A stretch of DNA of 64,000 nucleotides from Acidobacteriota bacterium (GCA_965209055.1 OZ242374.1:768001-832000), one strand, 5' to 3'. Shown: positions 19,770 to 30,474, numbered from the stretch's first letter. Notes: generated from the letters alone by a model not told the origin. Translations and numbers: made by a program.

Positions 19770-20009
19770 GTGAGGGGACCGAACGGAGGGGTTCAAGTAG
19801 TCTTCTCCGGGGGAGAGTTTGCAATCTACCGGGCGGAGTCGGTGAACTGGGACCGGCGGACCGGAACATTGACCTTGGAGCATTCCGGCCGATCCTCCGT
19901 GTTCGAGCATTGGGGCGCGAGCCTCCAGGTCATCGCCTGGCGGTGGGTTGATGGGTCGATTCAGGACCGGACCTGGAGAGTGAAGACCGAATACGGCGGG
20001 CGCCTCTAA
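19770..20009 (+). CDS. Hypothetical protein (79 aa)
   Basis: GGGAGGAG RBS before GTG; protein-like composition. Confidence 0.4.
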   Translation: MRGPNGGVQVVFSGGEFAIYRAESVNWDRRTGTLTLEHSGRSSVFEHWGASLQVIAWRWVDGSIQDRTWRVKTEYGGRL

Positions 20010-20216
20010 GGCACGATAAGTTGATCTTATTGGACCCTGTGCCGTCCTAGAGTGGCTTGGGCAGCTTCTCTCGGACCACGTTACCGGATGGCTCAGGGCG
20101 GATCCCCGCCCCCGGGAGAACCGGAGAAACCCGCTTCTTTCCCTCAGGATGTCCATTAATTTCAGTGAACGGACCTCCTTGGTGGCTCCCCCTTCCGAAT
20201 CTCTGAGCGTGGGACT

Positions 20217-20732
20217 CTAAGGAGTTGCGGGAGCTTTGTAGAGCACGGTGTCCTCGGTTTCCGTCGCGGCATCGACAGCGATCCCTAGGCCGACTCCAAT
20301 TCCTGTTAAAAGAGCACCGAGTATCAACCCCTGAAAGGCGGTATCGGTCTTTGTTGACTCTTCAACTGTGGCAATTCCAATCAAGGTCAGTCCACCGCCG
20401 ACTGCGGCTCCAACAGCGGCTCCTTTCCATGCTCCGTCTCCCAACCCATCCTTGGAAGGAAGGTTAACTGTCTGGATGTCCGTTTTCGGAATCACTGCAC
20501 GGCCGGCGGGGTTCAGGAGTTCCAGGGCTGACGCCGACAGGCCTCGGAATTGGCCGTGGATTCGATCCCCGTTTTTGAGTTCCACCGTGATGGATGATGC
20601 CATTTCCAAGGCGGAGACCTTCTCCCAGCGGCCGGGGATCACCTCCGCCCGTGCTGGCATGGAGGCCAATCCGGCAAGAATCAAGGCAAGTAATCGAATC
20701 CGGCATGTCTTCATCGTTTGGGTTTTCTTCAT
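20217..20732 (-). CDS. Exported protein with glycine-zipper-like hydrophobic segments
   Basis: AGGAGGT RBS, signal peptide, GAWKGAAVGAAVGGG and GALLTGIGVGLG segments. Confidence 0.7.
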   Translation of the reverse strand: MKKTQTMKTCRIRLLALILAGLASMPARAEVIPGRWEKVSALEMASSITVELKNGDRIHGQFRGLSASALELLNPAGRAVIPKTDIQTVNLPSKDGLGDGAWKGAAVGAAVGGGLTLIGIATVEESTKTDTAFQGLILGALLTGIGVGLGIAVDAATETEDTVLYKAPATP

Positions 20733-21422
20733 GGCACCTCCTTCTACCTTGGAGTAACATCGCTTCTTGTTAGCGACTCCTCATCAGAAAATGTGATTTT
20801 TTCGTCGGAAGTGGCTCACCGAGGCGAGCAGACGGTGATCGATTCCAGGTAGTCCCCGACGAAGAACGGCATGGAGCCGCCAGGTGGGGAACAGCGAGTC
20901 GATTTTCAGGATCTGGCTATGCTGCCTGTATGTTGCCTGTTCAGCACGTCAAATATTGGCAGTCAAGCACTATACCGATTGGGCGAAGAACCCGGTAAAT
21001 AAATGAAAACGTTAATGTTCGGTAGTCTTTGACTTTCGAACAGTTGGGACTGTTAGTCCCCCCGTCTTCCCTCTTCCTCGTCGCTGCGGGGATAGGAAAA
21101 CCCCCGCTACCAGCGACTGGGAAGTTGCCATTCCCCGGATCTCGAAGCTCGCCGGCTCCACCAGGGGTCGGCTCCTGAACGCCGACGCACCCTTTTCCCC
21201 TTCCATGGAAACAGTCCTGCGGGGCCCAGACAGCGATGGCCGCCACCACGCCGCCCCGTCACCAGAGCACGGCGCTCGCCCGGCTCGTCACACAGCGCTT
21301 GGTGTATCAATACCGGCATTCAAGCCCATCACGCCCACTGAATCTTCCATCCGGAGAACTGCTGAGCCCACACGGTTTGCTCGGACCGTTGGACGGTATG
21401 ATATTGCTTGCATGGGACTCTG

Positions 21423-24400
21423 ATGGAGTTGAATCGGCTAGGACAGCGGATATGTCTGGCTACGGTATTGTGCGTTGTTCCGTTGGCGATGCCTTCGGCA
21501 ACTGCGCAGTCCACATCGGGGTCGATCCTGGGCGACGTAGCGGACCCATCGGGAGGATTCCTGCCGGGAGCGATCGTGAGCGTTAGAAACAACGCAACCG
21601 GTGCGACCCGGGAGGCGTTGACAAACGAAGTGGGGGCCTTCCGGTTCTCGGGGCTGCCACCGTCCAACTACTCTGTGACGGTAGAGTTTCCCGGCTTTCA
21701 GACCGTAACGCGGCCGTCGGTGACGCTGGCCGTGGGCGGCACGACGAAAGTCGATTTCGAGTTGAATGTGGGGTCGGTCGCCGAGTCGATCACCGTCGCC
21801 GGGGCGGTGCCGCTGGTGCAGCCGACGGAGAACACGGTCCAGGTTGTGGTGGCCAACCAGCGAGTGCAGGAACTGCCGACCAAGAGCCGCGACTTCATGA
21901 ATCTGATGCTGCTGTCGCCGGGCGTGACGGTAGACCAGAGCTCGGCCAGCAGTGGCAACAGCGACTCGGTCAGCTTCTACGGCATGGACGAACGGAACAA
22001 GTCGGTTTGGCTGGAAGGCGTGGACTTCAATGACGAGGTCACGATGGGCGGTTCGGACATTTCCGAGGCGACCCGGACGCGATTGGGGCAGGAAGCGATT
22101 CAGGAGTTTCAGGTGTTGTCGTCGGCCTTTTCGGCCGAGTTCGGCCGGACCGGCTCGGGGGCGATCAATGTTGTCGTGAAGTCGGGAGGCAACGACATCC
22201 ACGGCAGCGGCTTTTACTTCGTCCGCGACGACGCCTTCGACAAGGATCCGTTCCAGGTGGTCCGGGGTGAAGCAGTGCCGGATGCCAACCCGCCGCCGTT
22301 CCAGACCCAGCAGTACGGGTTCACGATAGGCGGCCCGTTCGTGCGGCACAAGGTGTTCTACTTCGGATCCATCGAACGCCGCACCGAAGCGAACAGCTCG
22401 CAGGTGACGATTCCAGATTCGGTGAAGGCGTTCGTGGATTCCCTGAATGCCGGCTACGACACGTCCAGCGCTCTGCCGCGGTCGGTGGACGAGCGGAACG
22501 TGTTGGGCAAGTTCACGCTCAACCTGCATCCGAGGCACACGATGAACGTCATGTACCTGTACGACGACAGGGAGTTCACCAACAAGCGGACCGGGCAGAC
22601 CAACGGAGCCGACAACGGGTTCGACGACACGCGCAGCTCCTATTACGCAACGGCGAGCCTGACGTCTCTCATCAGCAACAGAATCGTGAACGAATTCCGG
22701 GCGAACCGCTCGATCCAGCGCCTGTTCCGGGATTTGCAGGCCAGTGCGAGCGGACGGTTTCTGCCGACGCTGGATTTTCCCTCGGTCGACCTCGGAGCGG
22801 CGAGCGATGTCCCGCAGGGCCGGGTCCAGGCGAACTGGATCTTCTCGGACACGATGAGCTGGGAGTGGGGCAACCACTCGTTCAAGTGGGGCTGGGAATC
22901 GAATCGGATCCTGGCAACGGCCGACGCGAACGTGGATTTCCAGGGGGTCTACCGGTTCCCATCCGATACGGCGACGTTGCCGGACCGCTATACGGCGAAC
23001 TTCAACCTCCCGTTCGAGAACGGCAATTCAACGGAGCCGAGGTTCATCAGCATCCGCCGCGACGTGGCCTCCTACGCCGCATTCGTCAACGACACGTGGC
23101 GGGTGACGCCGAGCTTCACGATCAACATGGGGCTGCGCTGGGACAAGCGGACCTACCTGGATGTGGACGGCGTGGCGTCTATCGGCGGACCGGACGCTTT
23201 CGAACAGCCGGGTTTCTCGCGGGACCGGCCGCAGGATGTCTGGGTGTCAGTGGCGCTGGGCGAACTTGGCGCCTTGCCGGTGATGGACTGGCGTCCGGGT
23301 GTCGAGGACAAGCTGGACCTCTCGCCGCGTTTCGGTTTCTCCTGGGATGTGACCGGCAACGGTCACGCGGTGGTCCGGGCCAGCTACGGCATCTTCCATG
23401 ACCGGATCAACACGAGCACGCTCCGGAGCCGGGTCTTGAGCTACAACGGGCTGTTGACTTCGGGAACCCAGTTGGACGCCTCGAACGCGGCGCAGAACGT
23501 GATCATCCAGAGGAACTTCCCGAACCGGATCGCGACCCTGCTCTTGCCGGGAGGCGCCAGTGTCGGTGGAACCCCCGATGCGCCTTCGGCGCGGATGAAC
23601 ACGCCCTACACCCAACAGTCCCACGCGGGCTTCCAGTACGGGATCAAGCGGGACCTGGCCGTGTCGGTGGACTTCGTGCACATCTTGGGTCTGAACTACG
23701 ACTGGGGTTCGGGCCTGTCAACCTCATGGGAACCGAACGCACCGCTGCCAGGGGCCACGTCGCCGTCAGGTCGAGTGTGCCCGTTCGCCCGCCAGATCGT
23801 TGCGCAGTTGGGGTTGCCGGCAACGGCGGCCAACCTGCGTTCCAACAGTGCCGGCTGTCTGCGGATCCAGGTCGCCGACTTCACCAACCGGTTGCACATC
23901 AACAGCTTGAGTTTCCGGCTCGAGAAGCGGTTCACGCGGAACTTCGGTTTCCTGGCCGGGTACACGCTAGGCTCAGCGAAAGGCTTCGACTGGACCTCAC
24001 CGCACATCAAGCACGGCGAGGCCAATTTCGGCCCGACCGAAAACGACGTGCGGCATCGTTTCACGGGCAACTTCATCTACCAGTTTCCCCACGACGTCCA
24101 GGTGTCGTCGATCCTTACAGCCAACAGCGCGCCGCCCTACGACATCACGACCGGCAACGACGACAACTTTGACTTCCTGCGCAACGACCGTCCGGCCGGA
24201 GTCGGGGCCTGGGCCGGCCGCGGCGCGAATTTCTTCCGGTGGGACCTGCGGTTGACGAAGAAGTTCGCCATTACCGAGGCTACGAGAGTGGACGTGATGT
24301 GGGAGATGTACAACATTGGCAACCGGGCCAACTTCGTGAACTTCGATGGCAACCAGCGCTCCTCCAGCGCTAACCAGGCGCGGGGCGTCGTCCCCAGCGG

Positions 24401-24440
24401 TCAGTTCCAGGGTCAGTTCGGCCTGCGGTTCGTTTTCTGA
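21423..24440 (+). CDS. TonB-dependent receptor (carboxypeptidase-regulatory N-domain, Oar-like)
   Basis: Signal peptide, GSILGDVADPSG, EAIQEFQV..SAEFGR..KSGGN, SPRFGFSWD, terminal QFGLRFVF. Confidence 0.92.
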   Translation: MELNRLGQRICLATVLCVVPLAMPSATAQSTSGSILGDVADPSGGFLPGAIVSVRNNATGATREALTNEVGAFRFSGLPPSNYSVTVEFPGFQTVTRPSVTLAVGGTTKVDFELNVGSVAESITVAGAVPLVQPTENTVQVVVANQRVQELPTKSRDFMNLMLLSPGVTVDQSSASSGNSDSVSFYGMDERNKSVWLEGVDFNDEVTMGGSDISEATRTRLGQEAIQEFQVLSSAFSAEFGRTGSGAINVVVKSGGNDIHGSGFYFVRDDAFDKDPFQVVRGEAVPDANPPPFQTQQYGFTIGGPFVRHKVFYFGSIERRTEANSSQVTIPDSVKAFVDSLNAGYDTSSALPRSVDERNVLGKFTLNLHPRHTMNVMYLYDDREFTNKRTGQTNGADNGFDDTRSSYYATASLTSLISNRIVNEFRANRSIQRLFRDLQASASGRFLPTLDFPSVDLGAASDVPQGRVQANWIFSDTMSWEWGNHSFKWGWESNRILATADANVDFQGVYRFPSDTATLPDRYTANFNLPFENGNSTEPRFISIRRDVASYAAFVNDTWRVTPSFTINMGLRWDKRTYLDVDGVASIGGPDAFEQPGFSRDRPQDVWVSVALGELGALPVMDWRPGVEDKLDLSPRFGFSWDVTGNGHAVVRASYGIFHDRINTSTLRSRVLSYNGLLTSGTQLDASNAAQNVIIQRNFPNRIATLLLPGGASVGGTPDAPSARMNTPYTQQSHAGFQYGIKRDLAVSVDFVHILGLNYDWGSGLSTSWEPNAPLPGATSPSGRVCPFARQIVAQLGLPATAANLRSNSAGCLRIQVADFTNRLHINSLSFRLEKRFTRNFGFLAGYTLGSAKGFDWTSPHIKHGEANFGPTENDVRHRFTGNFIYQFPHDVQVSSILTANSAPPYDITTGNDDNFDFLRNDRPAGVGAWAGRGANFFRWDLRLTKKFAITEATRVDVMWEMYNIGNRANFVNFDGNQRSSSANQARGVVPSGQFQGQFGLRFVF

Positions 24441-24753
24441 TTGCGAGACGGAGCCATGGATCCGTCCCGGATCCGGGACTCACCGCAACTTCCACGGACC
24501 CGATCTTCAAGACCGTCTGTGATCGCTTGCCCGAGAGTGGTCCCGACTTGGCCACTCAGGCCACGTTGTGCCGGCTGGAGAACGGCGTCCAGCGCTCGGA
24601 GCTCGGGTTCGGGAAACGACCCGCTGCATCTGGATCCACTTGAGCTCAGCCGACTCCGACCAGAAGGCTGCCCCCCCGGAACCCACGCACCAAGGCCTGC
24701 GATCCCGGCAAAAATCGAGGATCTCTGTCAGGTTTGTGAATCATCGCGGCTAG

Positions 24754-25659
24754 TCATTCCCCCTGGTTCCTGTCCGTTGTTGGCGGGTCCGCCAAAGCGA
24801 TGGGATATTGGCGCTCGCTGGGACGGTCAGCGTCCTGACCCGGAGCCACACCGCCTTTTACGGCCACGATCGCAGTCGCGGCCAAGTGCGCGGAGTAACG
24901 TCGAAACGTGGCGCGCATCTTGCGGATTCGTTGGCGCGCGGCGGGTGTCCGCGCCACGTTCCAGATGAAGCGAAGCGCCTGCCGCAGACCCTCATCGCGA
25001 ATGAGCCTCCTGGGTTCAAGAAGCCGCATCGGGGCACTGATCTGTTTCTCAATGGTGAATCCCTGTGCGCTGAGCAATGTGCGCCATTCTTTCGCTGTGA
25101 GGGGCCGCGCTCCTATGTGGATGGCATCGGACAGGGCCATCTGGATCCTCATTTTGATGGTGCCGGGCAAGTCGTTCGGCCTCAGCGACAACTCGTGAAT
25201 GCCGTAGCGCCCGCCGCTGCGTAGCACCCGGGCGGCCTCCGAAACGATTGCGTCCTTCTTCTCGTACGGCTGCATGGTGAGCATGGCCTCGCCGTAGATG
25301 ACACTCGCGGACGCGCTCGGCAGGCCGGTCTTTTCAGCGCGTCCGACGAGGCATTGCCGGTTGACGCCGCTGAGGTATCCGCGCACGTTCTTCGCGGCAT
25401 CTTCGTTTCGTTCGATCCCAACGTACGAGCGGGGCCGGAGTTCAAGTGTGGCGCGCGCCGTCACGCCCAGTCCGGGGGCGAACTCCACCACGTCGTCGCC
25501 GGAGCCGATATTCAGGGCGTCCAACATATGCCGAGTCAACTCGAAGCCCCCGGGACGCAGAACCCGCTTCCCCATCTGGGCAAGCAGCCAATGGCCGGGC
25601 ATGCGGCTGAACTGGAGTCCAGCTCCGGGTTTTTGGGGATCGGATGCTTCGTGCCGCAT
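24754..25659 (-). CDS. Class I SAM-dependent methyltransferase
   Basis: MPGHWLLAQMGKRVLRPGG, VVEFAPGLG, GEAMLTMQ, RVLRSGG. Confidence 0.85.
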   Translation of the reverse strand: MRHEASDPQKPGAGLQFSRMPGHWLLAQMGKRVLRPGGFELTRHMLDALNIGSGDDVVEFAPGLGVTARATLELRPRSYVGIERNEDAAKNVRGYLSGVNRQCLVGRAEKTGLPSASASVIYGEAMLTMQPYEKKDAIVSEAARVLRSGGRYGIHELSLRPNDLPGTIKMRIQMALSDAIHIGARPLTAKEWRTLLSAQGFTIEKQISAPMRLLEPRRLIRDEGLRQALRFIWNVARTPAARQRIRKMRATFRRYSAHLAATAIVAVKGGVAPGQDADRPSERQYPIALADPPTTDRNQGE

Positions 25660-25732
25660 AAGGAACTCCGTCCTGGAGGAGAGACCGGCGAGCGGATCCC
25701 GGTCTGAATGGACTGGTTTGAATCACAATCAC

Positions 25733-26554
25733 TCAAGTCTTTACGGCGACGATCGCCGTGGCGCACAAATGCTGGGCGTAACGCCGGAACGTCGCGTACA
25801 TCGCCCGGACGCTGCGGCGCACGGCAGGAGTCCTGACCGCGTTCCAGATGATGCGAAGCGCCCGCGGAAGGCCCTCGTCGCGCACGAGTTGTCTGAGTTT
25901 GAGCAGTTGCATCGGAACACGCATCTGCTTCTCGACCCTGAACCCCTGGGCGGCGAGCAATTCGCACCATCCGTTCGCCGTGAGGGGATGCGCTCCCACG
26001 TGGATGGCGTCGGATAGTGACTGCGGAATGATTGATTTGATGGCGGGCGAGAGGTTGTCCGGTTTCAGCGACAGCTCGTGAATCCCGAACCGTCCGCCGG
26101 TGCGGAGCACTCTGGCCGCCTCCGCGACGATCGCGGTTTTCTGCTCGGCCGTCTGCATGGTCAGCATGGACTCTCCGTAGAAAACGCTCGCGGACGCTCC
26201 GGGAAGACCGGTCTTTTCCGCACGGCCGACGAGACACTGCCGGCTGTTCCCTCTCAAATACCAGCGCACGTGCCTTGCGGCGTCCTCGCTGGGTTCGATT
26301 CCGATGTATGAGCGGGGCCTGCGCTCAAGAGTGGCGCGCGCGGTGACACCCAACCCGGGGGCAAGTTCGACCACGTCGTCGCTGGTACAAATATCCAACG
26401 CATTCAGCATGCGACTTGTCAACTCCAGGCCTCCGGGCCTCTGGACGCGTTTTCTTGCTTGGGCCAGCAGCCAGGGACCGCGCATCAGGCTGTATTGCAG
26501 GCCAACACCGAATGTCGTCGGATCAGAAATTTGGCATTGCATTGGACTCTCCAT
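25733..26554 (-). CDS. Class I SAM-dependent methyltransferase (tandem paralog)
   Basis: VVELAPGLGVTARATL, GESMLTMQ; collinear with the neighbouring gene. Confidence 0.82.
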   Translation of the reverse strand: MESPMQCQISDPTTFGVGLQYSLMRGPWLLAQARKRVQRPGGLELTSRMLNALDICTSDDVVELAPGLGVTARATLERRPRSYIGIEPSEDAARHVRWYLRGNSRQCLVGRAEKTGLPGASASVFYGESMLTMQTAEQKTAIVAEAARVLRTGGRFGIHELSLKPDNLSPAIKSIIPQSLSDAIHVGAHPLTANGWCELLAAQGFRVEKQMRVPMQLLKLRQLVRDEGLPRALRIIWNAVRTPAVRRSVRAMYATFRRYAQHLCATAIVAVKT

Positions 26555-26574
26555 TCCGTAATGGATCGTCACTA

Positions 26575-26598
26575 TAATGATATTGAAATTCATTTTCA
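26575..26598. promoter_or_regulatory. Fur-family box-like operator
   Basis: AT-rich TAATGATATTGAAATTCATTTTCA; 7-1-7 repeat TGAAAAT-G-AATTTCA 30 bp upstream of the methyltransferase start. Confidence 0.5.
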
Positions 26599-26984
26599 CT
26601 AGTGGATGGGAATTCCTGTCGTCAGCCTGACGCCGTGTCCAGTGGCCGAGGTCGTAGGTTGGAGGCGAGGATTCCCGGCTACGGACCCTGCGGGCCAGGA
26701 TCCGAGCCCACTGGAAGACGCCGTCACGGGAGCTTTGTTCACGGAGGAGATCATCGAGGTCGCCACGTCGGACGGGGGCTATGTCGAGTATCATTTCGAT
26801 GACCCGGCGGTGGAAGATCTGGTCACCTCGGGTTTGCTCGAGCCCCACGCTCTGGCACTGGACTTGGACAGCGTCATCGAGCGCGCGCAGATGGCTAATG
26901 TTGACGTTCGTTAGGTTTTGACGGCGGGACAGCCAGGACTGTTCGTCCCCCACTCGTCTTTGTTCCTAGGTGATTCAGGAAAGT

Positions 26985-27020
26985 GTAGAAGCGGGGACTG
27001 CCGTCCCCTCTACCCCCCCC
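26985..27020 (+). repeat. Intact REP (family A)
   Basis: GTAGAAGCGGGGACTGCCGTCCCCTCTACCCCCCCC. Confidence 0.75.
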
Positions 27021-27030
27021 TGGTCGGCGG

Positions 27031-28653
27031 CTAGGATGTCTCCGCTCCTTGGATCTTGAAGCTCGCCGGCTCCACCAGGGACTGGCCCGAGACCTGGTCC
27101 TGGACCTGCAGCATGATCCGGTAGGTGCCGGGAACCAGGTCCTTGAGCTCCATCTCCTGGATCAACACCACGCGGTCGTCCAGTTGGATCATCCGGGGCT
27201 CTTCCACCAGGATCTGGTCCCTTCCGCGGAAGACCAGGAGCTTGGCCTGAACCAGCGGCGCCAGCATGGCCTGGTCCACCTGGAGCTCGTAGATTTCGGT
27301 GTAGACGTGCAACTTCGATCCGGTCCGGAACTCGCGGGTGATGTTGGGAAAGACCTTCAGCCCGCTGGGCGTGTTGAACGGGTCCGACAGCGTCTCTTCC
27401 CGTGCGGATGAAGCCAACCCGTCCGCCAGGATGAGGCTGCTGGTGGCCAGGTTCCCGGCCTTCGACTCGCTGACGTGAATGGAGGTCGCGGCCTGGGACA
27501 CCCGCTGGCTGCGCGTGTCCTTGGCCACCAGGTTGAACTTGAAGCGTCCCGGCCGGAGCGGAATCTGCTTCTGGTAGAGGAAATGGGTCTCCGTGCTCAG
27601 GATCTCGTCGACTCCCTTGTCTCCCGCCAGAGTGTCCTCGAACTCATACACCACCTTTCCTGACAGGTCCTCGACCTTGCCGTAGATTTCGACCGTCGCC
27701 CGTTGGTTCGATTCTCCGAACTGCGCGTACGACAGCTCGGTCGCGGGAATCTGGACGGTCAGAGGAATCAGGAAGGCGTTCTGACCCACGCGGTAGACGG
27801 CGGAGACGACCTTCAGAGGGATCGGATTGTAAAGAATCCGGGTCTCCACTTCGGTGGCCAGCTTTTCGAACTTGAACTCGGGAGGCCTGCGAAGGTCGAA
27901 ATATTGCCGCAGGCGGTCGAAGGGCTTGGCGCCCCTCATGTACATGGGCTCGGTTTCCAGACCCAGGCGCCGCATGGCCAGGTCGGAGACCATGCTTCCG
28001 TCGCGGGTCGCCAGGCCCATCTGCTCCCAGCGGGTCGGCCCTCCGCCGCTCACCCAGAGGGCGTCCTTCTCGGAAGGCCTCAGCGCCAGCTTGTATTCCC
28101 CCGTCCTGCTGGCGTCCACGAACTCGATCTCGATCCCCGATCCGATGCCCGGAATGTAGTTGTAGAACCAGCGCTGGAAGGCATAGGTGCTGGTCCAGCC
28201 GCCCCCCTCTTCGGGCCGGCGCCGATACATGCCCCCCATGTGGTCGTCGATGGTGTTGGGGGGGCCGTAGGTGATGTAGATGCGGCCCCGGTCCGTGTAC
28301 CAGCCCTCCACGCCGGAAGCGTAGCGTTCGTTGGCGTAGGCGACGCGGCGGTAGTGTTCTTCCTTGAATTCGTTGTAGGTGGTCCTGGGGTCCGGGTCCC
28401 TCCGCCTCCAGAACTGCTCGATGAAGGCGTCGCGCTCGTCGTCGGCAGTCAGGCTCTGGAAGATCTCCCGTTCCTCTTGGGTGATGATGTAGACCACGTC
28501 CTCCCGGAGCCACTTCCGGTAGTAGTCCTCCTGCTCCTCCTGGAGCATCTTCTCGCGGCGCTCTTCGTCGCTTTGGGATTGCCCGGCGGCGTCCGTCGAA
28601 GCGGACGCCAGCAGGATCAAACCGGCGGCCACCGAGTTTCGAAGGGTGAGCAT
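27031..28653 (-). CDS. GWxTD domain protein
   Basis: KWLREDVVYIIT, FIEQFWRRRDPDP, EEHYRRVAYANE, GWYTDRGRIYITYGPP. Confidence 0.92.
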   Translation of the reverse strand: MLTLRNSVAAGLILLASASTDAAGQSQSDEERREKMLQEEQEDYYRKWLREDVVYIITQEEREIFQSLTADDERDAFIEQFWRRRDPDPRTTYNEFKEEHYRRVAYANERYASGVEGWYTDRGRIYITYGPPNTIDDHMGGMYRRRPEEGGGWTSTYAFQRWFYNYIPGIGSGIEIEFVDASRTGEYKLALRPSEKDALWVSGGGPTRWEQMGLATRDGSMVSDLAMRRLGLETEPMYMRGAKPFDRLRQYFDLRRPPEFKFEKLATEVETRILYNPIPLKVVSAVYRVGQNAFLIPLTVQIPATELSYAQFGESNQRATVEIYGKVEDLSGKVVYEFEDTLAGDKGVDEILSTETHFLYQKQIPLRPGRFKFNLVAKDTRSQRVSQAATSIHVSESKAGNLATSSLILADGLASSAREETLSDPFNTPSGLKVFPNITREFRTGSKLHVYTEIYELQVDQAMLAPLVQAKLLVFRGRDQILVEEPRMIQLDDRVVLIQEMELKDLVPGTYRIMLQVQDQVSGQSLVEPASFKIQGAETS

Positions 28654-28687
28654 CCTTATGAAGACAATATAGCAGCCTGTGGCATGA

Positions 28688-30304
28688 TCATTGCGGGGGA
28701 TCCGCCATGAGCCATTCCGCAAAGAACTGGAAGGAAAAGATCTTGCTGCGCTGCATGTGGAACCTGAGCTGGAGGACGCGCCCCTTCAGAGCCGTCAGGT
28801 CGAATTTTTTCTTCCAGCTCACGGTGTGCGCGATCGAGTCTCCCCGAAACGATTGGCAATCCTCTCGCGAATAGCCGGGCAGGGGCTCCCCGGTCTCGGG
28901 GTCCAGGATCTCCACCTGAATGGCGCCCTCGTCTCCCGCCGTCGACCCGTTCAGTCTCAGCCGGTTCCCGGAGAATCTCAGAGGCTTGGTAGTGAAGCTG
29001 CCCCGTCCCGCCGCCAGCGAGACGAAGCCGTCCAAACGCAGGGTGGCGAGGTTCTGCGAACTCTCCTGGTTCTCACCCCGGCGCACCCCCCAATGGCCCT
29101 TCTTGAACCCGGTGTAGTAGAGCCAGATCTCGCCCCGGTCCTCCCGGACCAGGGGAGGCTGGGCCACGAAGATCATCCCCGAGTCGTAGCTGCCTTCCGG
29201 TCCGTTGGGAATGAAGGGCCGACGCTGGCCCACCCGCTGCCAGTTCGTGCCGTCGCGGCTGAAGGCCAACTGGATGTCGATGCGGTCCAGCCAGGGGTTT
29301 CGCGCCAGATCCCGGCTGGGAGGCGTCATGGGCTCCATCCCCGGACAGATGTGATAGGGGGTCAGGAACCCGATGTAGATCCCTTCGTAGAGCAGGGTCT
29401 CGAAGGTGTAGAAACCGCCGGTGCAGGGGGCGTCCTTCTCGTCCGGGGGGACCAGGATGTATTTCCGGTTCACCTCCACCGGGTCCCTCATCTCCGCGGG
29501 GGCGTCCCAGGTCAGGAAATCGGGACTGGTGGCGATCCCCGGAGTCCTCACCCGGCCCTCGCGCCTCGTGCCCCGAAACAACGGATGGTCCTTGAAGATG
29601 GGCGGCCAGAGACGGATATGGGCCACGTAGAGGTTGCGCCGGGGATCCCAGAAGAAGACCTGGTGGGTGTCGTTGTTCAGGAAGACCGGATTGATGCCGT
29701 CGTAGAGTTCCCATTGGATGCCGTCGGGCGAATGGGCCGCCCAGACTCCGTTCACCTTCGGGTCCTTGCTGTTGTGGCGGTAGAGCATCTTGTAGCGCTT
29801 GCGGGGATCGGACTCGTGCGGGTCGCGAGCCACGCCGGGGGCGCGGGCTCCAACGTCCTTCCCGAAGACGAAATTGTGCTTGCGGGAGGCTTCTCCCGGG
29901 CACCACTTGGAGTGGTAGTCGAACTGGCCCACCATTGGCTTGTCCCAGTTGAGGCCGTCGCGGGACTCGTAGTAGCCGACGAAATTGTCCGACCAGTCGT
30001 AGTTCACCACCTGGTGCCACATCTGGTAGACGTTCCGGTCCGGATCGAAGGCCAGGTTGGGGGAATTGCCGAAGTGCATGTCCGCCTCCCAGCACCGGTC
30101 CATCCGGATTACCGGGTTCCCGGCATATTTGAGCGGCTGGTTCATGATCCGGTAGACGCCCTGCATGGATTCGATCACGTGGTCGTCGAAGAAGAGCTGC
30201 TTCCGGGATCCCACGTCGACTGGATTGGCCCGGATCCCGGCTCCCCACACCCCCAGAAGCAATAAATAGCATTGAAGCCGACGGAATCCCCTGCGGACGA
30301 ACAT
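28688..30304 (-). CDS. Secreted beta-propeller glycoside hydrolase-like protein (GH32/43/117-type fold)
   Basis: KQLFFDD, KYAGNPVI, ESRDGLNWDKP, SPDGIQW, SRDGTNW, LRLDGFVS. Confidence 0.7.
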   Translation of the reverse strand: MFVRRGFRRLQCYLLLLGVWGAGIRANPVDVGSRKQLFFDDHVIESMQGVYRIMNQPLKYAGNPVIRMDRCWEADMHFGNSPNLAFDPDRNVYQMWHQVVNYDWSDNFVGYYESRDGLNWDKPMVGQFDYHSKWCPGEASRKHNFVFGKDVGARAPGVARDPHESDPRKRYKMLYRHNSKDPKVNGVWAAHSPDGIQWELYDGINPVFLNNDTHQVFFWDPRRNLYVAHIRLWPPIFKDHPLFRGTRREGRVRTPGIATSPDFLTWDAPAEMRDPVEVNRKYILVPPDEKDAPCTGGFYTFETLLYEGIYIGFLTPYHICPGMEPMTPPSRDLARNPWLDRIDIQLAFSRDGTNWQRVGQRRPFIPNGPEGSYDSGMIFVAQPPLVREDRGEIWLYYTGFKKGHWGVRRGENQESSQNLATLRLDGFVSLAAGRGSFTTKPLRFSGNRLRLNGSTAGDEGAIQVEILDPETGEPLPGYSREDCQSFRGDSIAHTVSWKKKFDLTALKGRVLQLRFHMQRSKIFSFQFFAEWLMADPPQ

Positions 30305-30474
30305 GATTGATTTCTCCGTTGGACCGGCTCGATGTGTTCGGGGCCTGGATGCAACCCCGCGACTTGCTAAAACTCTACAGGGTCGCCGCCGCATTGTCAT
30401 TTGATCGGACGGGAAAGGCCGGTACACTGGGTGATAACACCGGCCGTTGGTATGAGACTTCCGCGAGAGGTTCA

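Larger units (their letters stand above)
15006..21059. mobile_element. ~6-kb integrative element (tyrosine integrase) inserted in a REP
   Basis: 14-bp direct repeat GGGACTGTTAGTCC (15006-15019, 21046-21059); arm-like repeats TGCCTGTWTGTTGCC at ~15115 and ~20924; integrase at the left end. Confidence 0.7.

Noticed and set aside
18729-20156. 475-aa ORF as a replication protein
   Set aside because: Pro/Arg/Ser-rich with no motifs, and it crosses the structured non-coding motif; likely a high-GC artefact.
26606-26914. 102-aa ORF with GGYVEYHFDDP (Cache-like fragment)
   Set aside because: Only a short motif, with no convincing full domain or RBS; could not be supported as a gene.
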